A DNA stretch of 17,691 nucleotides from Candidatus Auribacterota bacterium (GTDB lineage Bacteria; Auribacterota; UBA6266). The notes under the pieces are model-generated. The model searched no databases and was not told the DNA's origin. It was given only the letters and a program-made list of their open reading frames with translations. The stretch spans positions 1 to 17,691 of the forward strand of contig JAGLRQ010000111.1 of the NCBI GenBank assembly GCA_023136205.1, read 5' to 3'. Positions 17,074 to 17,691 of the stretch are shown in pieces. How positions within the stretch are numbered: the stretch's first letter is position 1; each line of letters starts with the position of its first letter. The position numbers and the translations under genes were made by a program.

Positions 17074-17691
17074 TTATTCCCCTGCCGGTTCCGCGGAAAT
17101 AGAGAGCGATTTTTCTACTGCCGGCTTAATCATTTCATCTACTGCTTTTGTTCCTGTTAAAGGCCTGTCTTTATATTCTTCCAGTAACGTTTCTCTTTCC
17201 CCGGAAGGAGATTTTTTCGTCTTTATCATCATCTCCCTCTCAAGTTCAATTCTCCTGTCAAACTGCTTTGTTCTCTCATTGAAAGTATCCCATTCATCCT
17301 TTGAAATACTTACCCGCTTTTCATCGGTCAAAATGCGGGGGGTTATAAAAATAATTAATTCAGTTTTCTTTTCCACATCAACATTTTTTCGGAATAACAA
17401 CCCCAGAAGAGGAATATCGCCAAGTAAAGGAACTTTATCTATCTCTTTAGACTTCTCAGTATCTATAAGGCCTCCAAGTATCGCGGTTTCACCGTCTTTT
17501 ACCATCATAGTGGTATCTGCCTCGGTAAGGATAACCCTGACAGCCTGGTCATTTAATACGTATTCTCCCCTGCTAACCTCAGGATGAACCTTCATGGTTA
17601 TAAAATTGTCTTCTCCTATTCTTGGTGTAACGAGCAGTTTTATCCCCACATCAATATATTTTATCTCTTCAATAACAAGATGGCTAATCGG
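17074..17691 (-). CDS. Secretin (GspD/PilQ/MshL superfamily), C-terminal part only; ORF is open to the window edge
   Basis: The frame stays open from 17649 to 17691 (PISHLVIEEIKYIDV precedes the tracked GTG). The canonical secretin C-domain is present: GIKLLVTPRIGEDNFITMKVHPEVS...ETAILGGLI...KVPLLGDIPLLGLLFRKNVDVEKKTELIIFITPRIL. An 84-aa charged tail follows. The TAA is 3 nt from the next gene's ATG. Confidence 0.85.
   Translation of the reverse strand, partial: PISHLVIEEIKYIDVGIKLLVTPRIGEDNFITMKVHPEVSRGEYVLNDQAVRVILTEADTTMMVKDGETAILGGLIDTEKSKEIDKVPLLGDIPLLGLLFRKNVDVEKKTELIIFITPRILTDEKRVSISKDEWDTFNERTKQFDRRIELEREMMIKTKKSPSGERETLLEEYKDRPLTGTKAVDEMIKPAVEKSLSISAEPAGE

Noticed and set aside
1974-17587. 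All 18 plus-strand ORFs in the supplied track (63-102 aa, e.g. 1974..2204, 3009..3290, 4983..5255, 8108..8383, 12682..12918, 17279..17587)
   Set aside because: Each is nested antisense within, or largely overlapping, a longer minus-strand ORF that has recognisable family motifs. Their translations are low-complexity (S/F/I/N-rich) with no motifs, and none has a convincing SD. They are shadow ORFs, as expected in AT-rich DNA.
1-17691. CRISPR arrays, rRNA/tRNA genes, transposases, integrases or IS inverted repeats
   Set aside because: I saw no regularly spaced direct repeats, no conserved rRNA/tRNA sequence blocks, and no ORF with transposase or integrase motifs on either strand.

Overview
All credible genes are on the minus strand. 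Most of the window (1129-17691) is one tightly packed surface-polysaccharide (EPS) operon. In transcription order it encodes: a secretin (5' end outside the window), a Wzz-type chain-length determinant, a BY-kinase-type P-loop ATPase, a Wzx flippase, a CsaB/WcaK-type pyruvyl transferase, a GT2, a GT4, a Wzy/O-antigen-ligase-like membrane protein, two more GT4s, a secreted GH20-like hydrolase with a CBM-like insertion, a membrane-anchored synthase-like GT2, a hexapeptide-repeat O-acetyltransferase, and a cytoplasmic CE4/DUF3473-type deacetylase. The chain-length determinant, kinase and deacetylase resemble, from my memory of those families, the versions found in XrtA/PEP-CTERM-associated EPS loci. 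No exosortase or PEP-CTERM gene is in the window, so that assignment is inference. No initiating phosphoglycosyl transferase, Wza-type exporter or nucleotide-sugar gene is present; they may lie upstream of 17691. The left end (1-907) holds an AbiEi/AbiEii type IV toxin-antitoxin (abortive infection) pair with its own consensus promoter and a visibly higher GC content. Points worth a second look: the secretin sits where a Wza exporter is expected; the GH20-like barrel is interrupted by about 260 aa of beta-sandwich insertion; there is a G8 tract inside the deacetylase gene; a synthase-like GT2 coexists with Wzx/Wzy; and composition falls into three tiers. I saw no rRNA, tRNA, CRISPR array or transposase. 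All homology statements come from motif recognition by eye, not from searches.
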